Positions 10,130 through 20,204 of a DNA stretch of 64,000 bases are shown in pieces (within the stretch, counting starts at the first letter, position 1; each line of letters opens with the position of its first letter). Location of the stretch: sequence record NC_031039.1; one strand, written 5' to 3'. The translations under genes and the position numbers were made by a program. The notes beneath the pieces were generated by a model, which was given only the letters and a program-made list of their open reading frames with translations, ran no database searches and was not told the DNA's origin.

Positions 10130-10158
10130 TTGCTTTTTATTGGAAAATATGTTATAAT
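10130..10158 (+). promoter_or_regulatory. Sigma-A-like promoter (TTGCTT-N17-TATAAT, extended -10 TG)
   Basis: Read directly upstream of the AGGAGG RBS of ORF 10178. Confidence 0.5.
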
Positions 10159-10177
10159 TAAAAGGAGGAAAATTTGA

Positions 10178-10570
10178 ATGAAAGTTGTAAGAAGTATATC
10201 AAACGTAGAGATTCAACCAGAGAGTGTAAACTATATGAATAATCTATTTTCTTGTTATACAGAAGAAAATGATATTCCATATCATTTAACTATTAACAAT
10301 CCAGTTATTCATATGTATCCAAAGGAAGATACATATGGTGAAGATGGAAAATTATATGGTTTTATTGATGCATTGAGGTTTACAGTAGATATCTATGATC
10401 CAGAAAAGAAAATAGTTTATAGGGATAATCGATTAAGAGATGTTATTAAAACAAATGATAGTAAAATTAAGAGTATTTCTTATTTCAAAGATCTTAGTAC
10501 TATGATATCTTTTGATGGTAGCCATATGTTACATCCAAATTATATAGAATTATTGGTGGAAAAAATATAG
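10178..10570 (+). CDS. Hypothetical protein
   Basis: ORF with AGGAGG RBS. Confidence 0.65.
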   Translation: MKVVRSISNVEIQPESVNYMNNLFSCYTEENDIPYHLTINNPVIHMYPKEDTYGEDGKLYGFIDALRFTVDIYDPEKKIVYRDNRLRDVIKTNDSKIKSISYFKDLSTMISFDGSHMLHPNYIELLVEKI

Positions 10571-10588
10571 ACATAGGAGTTATTTATC

Positions 10589-10735
10589 ATGTTAATACAA
10601 CCAGTCAGTCCAATTATACCTATTTATAATAATAAATTAAGGAATAAATTCTTAAAAAATAAAAAGAATGAAAAACAAAAGAATGATTTAATATTTAAAG
10701 ATATTTTAGAGAAGTATATAAAAGAGGAGTGTTAA
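10589..10735 (+). CDS. Small hypothetical protein (48 aa)
   Basis: AGGAG RBS, MLIQPVSPIIPIYNNK..., fills the gap between neighbours. Confidence 0.45.
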   Translation: MLIQPVSPIIPIYNNKLRNKFLKNKKNEKQKNDLIFKDILEKYIKEEC

Positions 10736-10736
10736 T

Positions 10737-11189
10737 ATGGAAATAGAGGGATTCGAAGTACCAAGAGTTGGAATGTTATATGAATATACAAGATTTGATA
10801 GAAATAATAACAATAAGAAGTATAGTAAAATAAAATTAGTCAATGATTTGTATGAATCAGATAATGAAATTTTAAAAGATATACCTTTTGAAGAATTGGG
10901 TTTCGAAGATCGTTATTATATTTCTGAAATTGCAATTTCTTTAAGACCTGATACTGACTTTTCTATATTTAAAGCTATATTCAAATATGATGAGAATACA
11001 GTTAACTATATTAGAGAATTTGGAAAAGGATCTAGTGAAGTTATTGCAATAAACAATTTGAGAAATGAATTTATTTTTGTTAAATATTATAAAGTACTTA
11101 TTATAGGAGGATATGCGTATCCACTTTCTACAGATAATTATCAATGGATAGGTGACGCTAATATAGTAGATCGTTCAGAAGATTATTAA
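10737..11189 (+). CDS. Hypothetical protein
   Basis: ORF with GAGGAG RBS. Confidence 0.65.
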   Translation: MEIEGFEVPRVGMLYEYTRFDRNNNNKKYSKIKLVNDLYESDNEILKDIPFEELGFEDRYYISEIAISLRPDTDFSIFKAIFKYDENTVNYIREFGKGSSEVIAINNLRNEFIFVKYYKVLIIGGYAYPLSTDNYQWIGDANIVDRSEDY

Positions 11190-11218
11190 AAAGATACATA
11201 CAACTAGGAGGAATATAA

Positions 11219-13216
11219 ATGGATGACATCAGTGTAATTAAGAATGAAGATTATGAAGGTTCACATAGATTTTTAGCAGAGGAATTGTTAATGCCTAATG
11301 CAAATAAAACAGACGGTAATAGATCTACAATGTTCTGCTCTCACTTAGCACAGGCAGTAACTCTACAAAAGGCTGAACCGCCATTAGTCTATACTAACTT
11401 TGAGAATCAAGTTGGAAAGTATTCAACTGCAGGTTATAGAAAGGCTAATAGTAATTATAAGGTTATTGAAAAAATTTATAAGAATGATTATAATTATGTA
11501 CTTATTGTACAAGATCAGGAAACTGGGGAATATACATTATTTGAAAGAGCTGAATGCGAGTTTCTAACTGAACATTATGGTTTTCAATGGGATAATGATA
11601 AAATTGATTCATTAAAGAAAGATGATACAATTGAAAAAGATACTGTATTATATAAGAATACTTGTTATGATGAAAATATGAATTTTGGTTATGGTGTTAA
11701 TTTAAATGCCGCATATTTTAGTTATAAGAATGAAACATTAGAGGATGCTATTGTAATCTCTGAAAGTGCCGCTAAAAAGCTAGGAACATTTAGTGTTAAC
11801 AAAGTAAAAGTATCTGTTAATACAAATGATATCTTGCTTAACCTATATGGTGATAATGAGAATTATAAAGGATTCCCAGATATTGGAGAGCATATTAAAA
11901 ATCAGATTATTGCTAGCCGTAGAAGATTTGATTATAACACTGCATTATATGAATTAAAGAATCTAAATGAAATGAGAGATTCAGATACTCCATTTTTTGC
12001 TGATGGTAAGATTGTAGATATTGAGATTTTCTCTAATGTACCTGAAGAAGAATTAAAGGTACAGAAGTATAATGAACAAGTCCTATACTATATTAATAAG
12101 CAAAAAGAGTTTTCTAATAATGTTTATCAAAAGCTTAAAAAGATTGTAGAAGGTAAAGATAATAATGTATCAGATAAGCTATTGCACTTCTATAATAATT
12201 GTAAAATGAGAATTGATGAAAATATTTCTTACACTTATCAGAATAGTAAATTTAGTGGATTTATTATGGAATTCACAATTTTAGAGGAAGAACCATTAAA
12301 TAAAGGAAGTAAGATTACAGGTAGATATGGTAATAAAGGTGTAATTAGTAAAATACTCCCTGATGATCAAATGCCTACTGTGGCTGAAGGACGTTTTAAA
12401 GGACTCAAGGCAGACATTTGTCTTAATCCACTTGGTGTATTTAACCGCCTTAATCCAAGTCAATTGATCGAACAAGAATTAAACTGGATTGCTAAATTCA
12501 TTAGAAAAGATATGGAAGAAGCAGGAAGTAATGAAGAAAAAGTTAGCATCTTACTTGATTTCTTAAATAGGGTGAATAAAGAAGAAACTGAATTAATGGA
12601 AGAATTCATTAATAGTCTAAATAAAACAGAATTAGAAGAGTTTCTAAATGATATTATTGAAAATGGAATTCCTATCTGTCAAAAGCCATTCTTTGGTAAT
12701 ATTGGTTTAGATGAACTTTGGGAATTATACAATCATTATGATCATATTGATTACTTTAAATGTGAGGGAATTAGTACTCCTTTAATTATTGGAGAAATTT
12801 ATATGGTTAGATTAAAACATGAGCCGCATTCTAAATTTAGCGCTCGTAGTACATCATTTATGAACCTAAGAGGTCTACCAGCTAAATCTAAGAACTTTAA
12901 AGAGCATAAAGACTTATATTCAAAAACACCTGTACGTATTGGTAATATGGAGATTTCTAACTTAAGTCTTACTAATGAAATGGGTTCTATTATGGATATG
13001 CTAAATTCATACTCTAATAATGAGACTAATAGAAGAGAACTTATTATGCAATTATTAACTGGAAATCCATTTGATACCAATATTGATCTTTCAGATGTAG
13101 AGTCAGGTACAAGTAAGATTCTTAAATCTTTATTTACATGTCTCGGTCTTTCTATTGATGATGTAGAAGAAGAATGGGAAAATAAACTAAATGGAAAAGT
13201 AGAGGATGAAAAATAA
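11219..13216 (+). CDS. Non-virion RNA polymerase beta-like subunit, C-terminal half (AR9 gp089-like)
   Basis: NRSTMFCSHLAQAV, EDAIVISES, GSKITGRYGNKGVISKI, DICLNPLGVFNRLNPSQ, YMVRLKH and RIGNME motifs. Confidence 0.92.
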   Translation: MDDISVIKNEDYEGSHRFLAEELLMPNANKTDGNRSTMFCSHLAQAVTLQKAEPPLVYTNFENQVGKYSTAGYRKANSNYKVIEKIYKNDYNYVLIVQDQETGEYTLFERAECEFLTEHYGFQWDNDKIDSLKKDDTIEKDTVLYKNTCYDENMNFGYGVNLNAAYFSYKNETLEDAIVISESAAKKLGTFSVNKVKVSVNTNDILLNLYGDNENYKGFPDIGEHIKNQIIASRRRFDYNTALYELKNLNEMRDSDTPFFADGKIVDIEIFSNVPEEELKVQKYNEQVLYYINKQKEFSNNVYQKLKKIVEGKDNNVSDKLLHFYNNCKMRIDENISYTYQNSKFSGFIMEFTILEEEPLNKGSKITGRYGNKGVISKILPDDQMPTVAEGRFKGLKADICLNPLGVFNRLNPSQLIEQELNWIAKFIRKDMEEAGSNEEKVSILLDFLNRVNKEETELMEEFINSLNKTELEEFLNDIIENGIPICQKPFFGNIGLDELWELYNHYDHIDYFKCEGISTPLIIGEIYMVRLKHEPHSKFSARSTSFMNLRGLPAKSKNFKEHKDLYSKTPVRIGNMEISNLSLTNEMGSIMDMLNSYSNNETNRRELIMQLLTGNPFDTNIDLSDVESGTSKILKSLFTCLGLSIDDVEEEWENKLNGKVEDEK

Positions 13217-13401
13217 TGGGAGTGAATGAAATAGAAAAAGAAATTAGATGGGTTGCTGATAATACTATCTTTACCCATTTTACTTTTGGTATTCGTAATT
13301 TTAAGAAGATTCTAGAAGCTGTTTTAATTAAGTTAGATGGTCAATATGACACAAAATTAGTTCAAGATATAACTAGAGAAATTTATAATGAACAAATATA
13401 A
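13216..13401 (+). CDS. Small hypothetical protein
   Basis: ORF overlapping the RNAP stop codon. Confidence 0.55.
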   Translation: MGVNEIEKEIRWVADNTIFTHFTFGIRNFKKILEAVLIKLDGQYDTKLVQDITREIYNEQI

Positions 13402-13537
13402 ATCATAATAAGAGACGTATAATAGATGTGTGCCAGTTTCACATCTATTATACGCTATTAAAATTACAGGAGGACATTATTAATATGTTTATTTCCTGTA
13501 ATAAAAAAGACATAATTTTGAGAGGAAGAGATATTTT

Positions 13538-13945
13538 ATGGGGAATGTAGTAGAATTTAAAAGAAAAACAGAAAATGAAGAAGTAACCGTAGAAGAAATT
13601 CAGTTAGAATATGTTAAAAAGAAAATTTTAGATACATATGAATTAGAAGAAAAAGATATTATGGAAGTTGATGAGATGGTTAAAGTATATTTAGATCATC
13701 TAGAAAAAGGAGAGGTAATGGTCTTCTCAAGTAGTGAAGATGCTTTATCATTTGCTAATATTGTAATTAATCATCCAGAATTTAAAGATATTTCACATTT
13801 TAAAGTTACTCCTAATATTTCACGACTTTCAATGTTTTATGAACTAGAACCTGTAATGAAGAATTCTAATAAAAAGTATATCTTTCCATCAGAAGATAAA
13901 TTTGTTCCATCTATTCACTATAGAAATATCAATGAAATTTTATAA
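13538..13945 (+). CDS. Hypothetical protein
   Basis: ORF with RBS. Confidence 0.6.
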   Translation: MGNVVEFKRKTENEEVTVEEIQLEYVKKKILDTYELEEKDIMEVDEMVKVYLDHLEKGEVMVFSSSEDALSFANIVINHPEFKDISHFKVTPNISRLSMFYELEPVMKNSNKKYIFPSEDKFVPSIHYRNINEIL

Positions 13946-14027
13946 TATTACATGAACTAGGAAGGGTTCACATTAATATTTATTAGAAATCATTACACTT
14001 ATATTCTTTAAAATAGGAGGAAGAAAA

Positions 14028-14179
14028 ATGATAATTGAGAAAGAAGGTAACTTGCTTGAAGCTGAGAAAAATATAATTGCGCACCAAGTAAATTAATTAA
14101 TGATGTTTTTGATGATTATGATGTGACATTATATAAATTTGATGAAAGAAAGTTAGAGTCTCAATATGGAAAAAGATAA
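14028..14179 (+). pseudogene. Internally deleted macrodomain (Appr-1-p/Poa1p-like) remnant
   Basis: Strong RBS followed by MIIEKEGNLLEAEKNIIAHQVN* (macrodomain-like N-terminus). This abuts, in another frame, INDVFDDYDVTLYKF (macrodomain-like C-terminal strand). Confidence 0.65.
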
Positions 14180-14330
14180 TCTAAGAGAATGGATTAAAAC
14201 ATTTAGGTGGGTAAAGAAGAATCCTTTATATGCTGTACAGAGATTATTTCATTATGAAGAAATAATTGAAAGACGAGATAACACTATTACAGAGTTAAAA
14301 TTAAAAATTAAGAAATTAGAGGGGAATTAA
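14166..14330 (+). CDS. Small hypothetical protein (54 aa)
   Basis: MEKDNLREWIKTFRWVKKNP...; ends just before the next gene. Confidence 0.45.
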   Translation: MEKDNLREWIKTFRWVKKNPLYAVQRLFHYEEIIERRDNTITELKLKIKKLEGN

Positions 14331-14332
14331 CT

Positions 14333-14569
14333 ATGGGAAAAGAAGTAACATTTGAGATAATAAAAGAATTAGGAGTACTTTCAGAAGGTAAAAATGGTTG
14401 GACAAAGCAGGTTAATATTGTTAAATGGAATAATGGAAAACCTAAATTAGATATTCGGGATTGGAATGAAGACCGAAGTAAGATGGGTAAAGGAATTACA
14501 TTAAATTATGATGACGTTCAACTGTTATCTGACATTTTAGAAGATTGTAAAGATGATCTTGATATCTAA
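14333..14569 (+). CDS. YdbC/PC4-like ssDNA-binding protein
   Basis: FEIIKELGVLSEGKNGWTKQVNIVKWNNGKPKLDIRDWNEDRSKMGKGITL matches the YdbC pattern. Confidence 0.85.
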   Translation: MGKEVTFEIIKELGVLSEGKNGWTKQVNIVKWNNGKPKLDIRDWNEDRSKMGKGITLNYDDVQLLSDILEDCKDDLDI

Positions 14570-14614
14570 TTGATATCAAGATCTCTTATTACATAATTAG
14601 GAGGATAATTTAAA

Positions 14615-14896
14615 ATGGAAAAACAATATTTTTTAGAATTCGTTCATAACACTATTAAAGAAAATCCTGATTGGTTGGGAGAGGCAGTTCTTTATATGCA
14701 GGATGGTCTTAAAAGATCATTAGAAGAAGAAAGACAAAAAAGAAATGATGCTGAATATGCATTAGTAATGGCATATGATATGTTAAGCGAGAAAAAATTA
14801 AATAGCCGCCCAGCCAATCATATTGCTATTAAGAAAGTATTAAAAAATAGTTCTGCTTTTCAAGGTACTGCTTTTGTAGAAGAATTAGATGTATAA
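14615..14896 (+). CDS. Hypothetical protein
   Basis: ORF with AGGAGG RBS. Confidence 0.6.
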   Translation: MEKQYFLEFVHNTIKENPDWLGEAVLYMQDGLKRSLEEERQKRNDAEYALVMAYDMLSEKKLNSRPANHIAIKKVLKNSSAFQGTAFVEELDV

Positions 14897-14960
14897 TATA
14901 GGAAATAATTTCAATATAAATGAAATATAACAACAAAAAATTTTAAAGGAGGAATTAACA

Positions 14961-17006
14961 TTGGATAAACTTAAAATTCAGAAGTTCATTATGAGTCTTA
15001 AACAAAAGAAAAATTTGAGTGTAGAGAAATTAGAAGAGGTCAAATCATTTCTAGATAAGGCTTCAGAAGCCTATTATAACACTGGTCAAGAAATCTTATC
15101 TGATGATGAATTTGATGCCATTGCCAGAGAATTTAAACGTTTAGGTGGTAAATTAGATGTAGGTGCTAATCCACCTAAAGGAAAAGGAACAGTAGATGTA
15201 TCTCATACATTTGCTGAGTTAGTTGGTACATTAGATAAAACAAATTTTATTTATGAAAAGAATGTTGATGATCCAAGCAAGAAGAGCGTAGAAGAATGGC
15301 TAAACAATATTATCAAAAAGTTAGGGAATGATAAAGAATTTAGTCTAGGTATCAGTTTTAAATTTGATGGTAATTCGGTTGTTATTGAATATAAAGATGG
15401 AAAAGTAGTTAGAGCATTAACAAGAGGTAGAAATGGTTTGGGAATGGATTTAACTCATGTCTTCAAAGATCATACTATTAAAAGAAAAGATCATGTAGGA
15501 ATCAAATATGAAATCATTATTCCTTGGAAACGTTATGAAGACTTAATGAAAGATACTGGTGTATCATATGCTAATCCTAGATCATTAGTATCTGGTAAAT
15601 TAGGTGACGATAATGCTTATGAGTATTATAAATATATGGAATTAGTTCCGTTATGGGTAAAACCTTACAATTCAACAATGGAAAGAACTGAACAGTTAGA
15701 ATTTATTGAAGAAGCATTTGGGGAAGATAATAGTTTATTCAGTGATTATAGATTGATTGAAGGAGTAACAGGAAATAATTTAACTCCTTTTATGGAAGAA
15801 TTAGAAGATATGTATGAAAAATATAATATTGAAAGATATAATCTTCCATTTATGATAGATGGTTTAGTTATTGAAGTATTAGAAGAAGATATTAGAAATA
15901 CATTAGGGTATGTAAATGATGAACCTAACTGGGCGACTGCTTTAAAATTCCCTTATATGGAAAAAACTACTACTGTAACTGATTTTGATTTTACATTAGG
16001 TGACTCAGGAATTATTACTGCAAGAGTCTGGTATGAACCAGTAACTTTTAATGGAACTGAACACCGAAAACAATCTCTTCAGAACTATAAAAGATTTAAA
16101 GAGTTAGGTTTAGGAATTGGTAGTCAAATTCTAGTTCAGTATCGCAATGATTGTCTCAGCTATGTCGTTCCAATTTTAAATGAACACAATAAAAATATTT
16201 CTCCTCATCCTTATACTGATAAATGTCCAGTATGTGGCGGTGAAGTTGGAATTACTAAAACTGGAGCATTTGCATATTGTAAGAATGAAACATGTGAGGG
16301 TAAAACAGTAGGCAAAATTCAGAACTATTTGACTAAGATGGATATTAAAGGAATTAAAGAATCAACTATTGTCAAACTTCATAATGCAGGATTAGTAAAA
16401 AGTATCACTGATCTTTATACAATGGATTATGGAAAGATTGCTGAAGTAGACGGTTTAGGAGCAATTGCTTCAATTAATATTAGTGGTGCTATTAATAGTA
16501 AAATTCCATATGACTATGAAATTATTGGTGCATTAGGTATTAGTAGTTTTTCCACATCCAAAGCTAAAGAACTTTGTAAAGTATTTTCTGTTCAAGAAAT
16601 GCTTGATATACTTGAGAGTTATTATCCTGAAAATTTAATTAACAGTATCACTCAGCAAGAAGGATTTTCTGATATTACTGCTAACTATATTGTAGAGGGT
16701 TTACAAAAGAATAAAGAGACAATTGAATTTTTATTAAAAAGAGAACATAAAGTCTTTAAAACAGAATATGAAAAAATGGCTGGAGTACAAGCTATGAAGA
16801 TTGTTTTTACTAACTTCCGTGACGAAGCAATGCAAATTCAATTAGAGATGGCTGGTCATAAAATTACAAGTGCAGTCTCAAGAAAAACTAATATTGTTGT
16901 AACCCCTAATCCAAACGGAAATACAGTTAAATTAAAGAAAGCAAGAGAATATGGAATTCGAATTGTAAGTGTAGATGAGTTTAAAGAAGAAATGGGAATT
17001 AGCTAA
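14961..17006 (+). CDS. ligA: NAD-dependent DNA ligase
   Basis: YY...ILSDDEFD, KFDG adenylation motif, TRG.G..G, DGLVI, CPVCG zinc finger, HhH region and C-terminal BRCT. Confidence 0.93.
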   Translation: MDKLKIQKFIMSLKQKKNLSVEKLEEVKSFLDKASEAYYNTGQEILSDDEFDAIAREFKRLGGKLDVGANPPKGKGTVDVSHTFAELVGTLDKTNFIYEKNVDDPSKKSVEEWLNNIIKKLGNDKEFSLGISFKFDGNSVVIEYKDGKVVRALTRGRNGLGMDLTHVFKDHTIKRKDHVGIKYEIIIPWKRYEDLMKDTGVSYANPRSLVSGKLGDDNAYEYYKYMELVPLWVKPYNSTMERTEQLEFIEEAFGEDNSLFSDYRLIEGVTGNNLTPFMEELEDMYEKYNIERYNLPFMIDGLVIEVLEEDIRNTLGYVNDEPNWATALKFPYMEKTTTVTDFDFTLGDSGIITARVWYEPVTFNGTEHRKQSLQNYKRFKELGLGIGSQILVQYRNDCLSYVVPILNEHNKNISPHPYTDKCPVCGGEVGITKTGAFAYCKNETCEGKTVGKIQNYLTKMDIKGIKESTIVKLHNAGLVKSITDLYTMDYGKIAEVDGLGAIASINISGAINSKIPYDYEIIGALGISSFSTSKAKELCKVFSVQEMLDILESYYPENLINSITQQEGFSDITANYIVEGLQKNKETIEFLLKREHKVFKTEYEKMAGVQAMKIVFTNFRDEAMQIQLEMAGHKITSAVSRKTNIVVTPNPNGNTVKLKKAREYGIRIVSVDEFKEEMGIS

Positions 17007-17051
17007 TATAAAATAAAGAGATTCTATAATAGAATCTCTTTATTTTTTTTT

Positions 17052-17858
17052 TCAATTTACCATGGATATAATAGCACCATTAATAGATGATACAACTTTA
17101 GATAGAGATGCTAGTATTTTAGAATTAAGTTTAATTAATTCTGAGTGAACATGAATGGAACTTGATCCAATGAGATAACTTAATTCATAGTTATCCATTC
17201 TTGAAATTCTTTCTTTAATTACAGAAAGATTATCTTTTAATTCTTTCATTGTTCCTTCCACTTCAGCAATATTTTTATAAGATAATTTTAAGAATGTTAA
17301 TAGTTTATCAATATCTTTTGTAGTATAAGATGAGCTACTTTTATTATCAAGTTTTTCACCAATTGATCGACTTAAACCATCTAAAGATACATCCATAGAT
17401 GTTTTAAGAATACTAAATTGAGAAGGATCAGTAATGGTGGACATTCGATTGTGACTATCCATTAGTTTTTTATAATAAGGATCATCTGAAAATGAACTAA
17501 TAGTTTTTAATATTTTATCTGGATCAATTTCAATTGTAACTTTCTTTCCACTTGTAAAGTCACTTTCATGAATCTTCTTTTCTAATTCTGATGTCTTTTT
17601 GGCTAATTTAGAAGCAAATTTCTTAAGCTGTGTATTAATCCATTCTTTTATCCTCTGGATAAGTTCAGACAATTTTTTGATGATCTTTTTTAATCCATTA
17701 GATAAACCCTCATTAAGTAATTCAGTATTTTCTTTAAGTAGGTTATTGTGATGCTTGATAATTAAATTTCTTTCTTCAAGATTCATTTCATTAATTAAGT
17801 TCATTAAGAAAATGTTCTCTTCATTTAGGCTAATAAGAAAGTCGGTTGTTAAGTCCAT
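17052..17858 (-). CDS. Late hypothetical, probable virion head protein
   Basis: Late promoter at 17887-17898; N-terminus rich in L-x-E motifs. Confidence 0.65.
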   Translation of the reverse strand: MDLTTDFLISLNEENIFLMNLINEMNLEERNLIIKHHNNLLKENTELLNEGLSNGLKKIIKKLSELIQRIKEWINTQLKKFASKLAKKTSELEKKIHESDFTSGKKVTIEIDPDKILKTISSFSDDPYYKKLMDSHNRMSTITDPSQFSILKTSMDVSLDGLSRSIGEKLDNKSSSSYTTKDIDKLLTFLKLSYKNIAEVEGTMKELKDNLSVIKERISRMDNYELSYLIGSSSIHVHSELIKLNSKILASLSKVVSSINGAIISMVN

Positions 17859-17957
17859 AAATATAAACCTCCAATTTTATACTTTTTATTAAATTGTTCT
17901 AATAGAAATATAAATATATATTATTATACTGATCAATTTGTAAAGGAGAGAATTTCA

Positions 17958-18161
17958 ATGAGTTTATCTGATTCTATTGGAGTTGGAAGAGTAACAAAAT
18001 TGGATAAGGATGAATTAAAAAGAGAACTTGAAAAATTCTATAATACTTCTAATCATCCTAAAAGAGAAAAATTATTTGAACTTGCTTGGGAATATGGACA
18101 CGGTCATGGTAGTCATGAAGTGGATTTTTATTATGATGATTTAATTGATCTTATTCGATAA
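17958..18161 (+). CDS. Small hypothetical early protein
   Basis: AGGAG RBS; ATATATTAT motif upstream (~17912-17924). Confidence 0.65.
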   Translation: MSLSDSIGVGRVTKLDKDELKRELEKFYNTSNHPKREKLFELAWEYGHGHGSHEVDFYYDDLIDLIR

Positions 18162-18396
18162 AAAGGAGAGAATAAAGTGAAAGAAAAAATCGGTATACTT
18201 TTAGAGAAGATTAAAGACATGAACATCAACTTTAATCATGGCGGTGTAAATATAGTTATTAATGAAGAAGGATTTAAATTAAATGTTGCTAAGAAGGAAC
18301 AAAAGAAATTAGAGAATAAATAATTGGGAAATGAAAAATTAGGGAAGAATATTCTTCCCTAATTTGTTTATACTAATATAAAAAGGAGGTTAATAT

Positions 18397-18933
18397 ATGT
18401 CTATTAATAGACAAGATGTAATTGACCAACTATGGGAAAGAAGATCAAATGATTATGTGCTTAAAGATGATAGAGAAGAATTTGAGCTTGATGAAATAGT
18501 AAAAGTAACGCACCGTCATCAAATTTTTGAAAAAGATCTTCATGATGTTGAATTTAAATTACAGCATTTACTTGAAAGAAGTATTACATGTCCTATTTGT
18601 CAACCTAATACTCAGCATGAAGCTGGTGTAAAAGTCTTAAGAGATTATTTTAAGAATAAACTTCAATTGGCAGATGAAGAAATTCAAGAAAAGGCTATTG
18701 AAACAGATAAAGGACATGTATTTGATTTTCTAATATTTGATCGTTTAGTAGTACATTATTTTGATCCATCTTATTATGTAAACTTTACAAGAGAATCAGA
18801 TGAAATGGTAGATTTAATGGCAGAATTTGTTGATTCAGATGATTATGATTTACTCCCCGTAAACTATGCTGATATTACCAATATTTTAGCAGGTGGAGAT
18901 TTAGAGTTAAATCCAGATGAAGATGAAGAATGA
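18397..18933 (+). CDS. Hypothetical protein with CPxC and a nuclease-like fold
   Basis: CPIC followed by FDFLIFDRLVVHYFD. Confidence 0.6.
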   Translation: MSINRQDVIDQLWERRSNDYVLKDDREEFELDEIVKVTHRHQIFEKDLHDVEFKLQHLLERSITCPICQPNTQHEAGVKVLRDYFKNKLQLADEEIQEKAIETDKGHVFDFLIFDRLVVHYFDPSYYVNFTRESDEMVDLMAEFVDSDDYDLLPVNYADITNILAGGDLELNPDEDEE

Positions 18934-18986
18934 CAGAAGGTTTAAATAAACCTTCTGTTATATTTATTTAAAGGAGAGAGGATTAG

Positions 18987-19790
18987 ATGATTACTAAAAG
19001 ACAAGTTGAAAGGGTATTCAAAGTTGCTTTACAAGAACAAGGAAAGAAAAATGATTACATAAGAGAAATTGCAAGAAGTTATAAAGGGCATTTTAAAACA
19101 TTTAACTTTTCTGATTTTGAAAATTTTGCAAAGAATTTAGATAATAAAATGTATGAAAAAGCATTCAGAAAGTTTAAAAAAGATTTTAAAGATGATACAT
19201 TAGAATTATATCTACCTTTTGATAATATGGAAATTATCTTTAATAATGGAGATGGTTTAGTTCCACTAGGTAAGAAAGAAAGATATGAGATTATTAGGAT
19301 CTTCATTACAAAGATTAAAGGAACTATTTATATTACTTCACATATTCTTGATAATGAAGAAAAGAAATTATACAATAATTATATTACTTTAGAAAATGGT
19401 ATTCTTGGAGGAATTCATGGTGAAGGAATGTTATCTGATAATTTAGCATCATTTGATTTATTTGTAAATCTAATGGTATGGCTAGATTATATCAATGGAA
19501 GTTACAGTGTAAAAATTATTGATAATAAGAGTCTTCCAAGAGAAGAAAGAAGACGTGTTAAAAGGGAATATCAAAAAGCAAGTGGCACTATTAATTTAAA
19601 CTCAAAAGAATTAATTAAAAGATATATTAGGGAAAAAGAATCAAATAAAAGAGGTAGTAAAATCACCAAGCAATTTGAAGTCAGAGGTCATTGGGTACAC
19701 CGTAAAGATGGAACTAAATATTGGAGAAGAGGTTATGTAAAGGGTAAACATTTAGAAGAGAAAACAAACAAAGATTATAATATTAGCTAG
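18987..19790 (+). CDS. Hypothetical phage protein
   Basis: C-terminal FEVRGHW...WRRGYVKG motif common in phage proteins. Confidence 0.65.
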   Translation: MITKRQVERVFKVALQEQGKKNDYIREIARSYKGHFKTFNFSDFENFAKNLDNKMYEKAFRKFKKDFKDDTLELYLPFDNMEIIFNNGDGLVPLGKKERYEIIRIFITKIKGTIYITSHILDNEEKKLYNNYITLENGILGGIHGEGMLSDNLASFDLFVNLMVWLDYINGSYSVKIIDNKSLPREERRRVKREYQKASGTINLNSKELIKRYIREKESNKRGSKITKQFEVRGHWVHRKDGTKYWRRGYVKGKHLEEKTNKDYNIS

Positions 19791-19890
19791 GAGGCTTAAT
19801 ATTTGTTAATCAATAGTTATGTATTATTTAGAGATATCATTTTAGGAATGCAATCTGGTTATAATGTAGTGGAAATAATTGTAAATTATA

Positions 19891-20151
19891 TTGCGGGAGA
19901 AAAATATGGAAAAACCAATTTTAGTACTTCTAGAAGGTGAGTATCACCGTAGAAAGAATATACTAGTAACTACCGATGTGAGAAAAGTTGCAAGGGAATA
20001 TGTAATTTTATTATTAGAAGATGATTGGATAAATTATCCACATGTAGAAATTTGGAGGGATGGTCAGGAAATAAAATACTTTGATGAAAAAATTACAAAT
20101 GAAAAAAAGTTAGTAAAGATATTAAGTAAATATGCATATAAGAAAGCATAA
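19891..20151 (+). CDS. Hypothetical protein
   Basis: ORF; the start is probably the internal ATG (MEKPIL). Confidence 0.55.
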   Translation: MREKNMEKPILVLLEGEYHRRKNILVTTDVRKVAREYVILLLEDDWINYPHVEIWRDGQEIKYFDEKITNEKKLVKILSKYAYKKA

Positions 20152-20204
20152 TCAAGAAGTAATCATAGTAGACCTATATCTACTATGATTACTTCATTTT
20201 AAAT

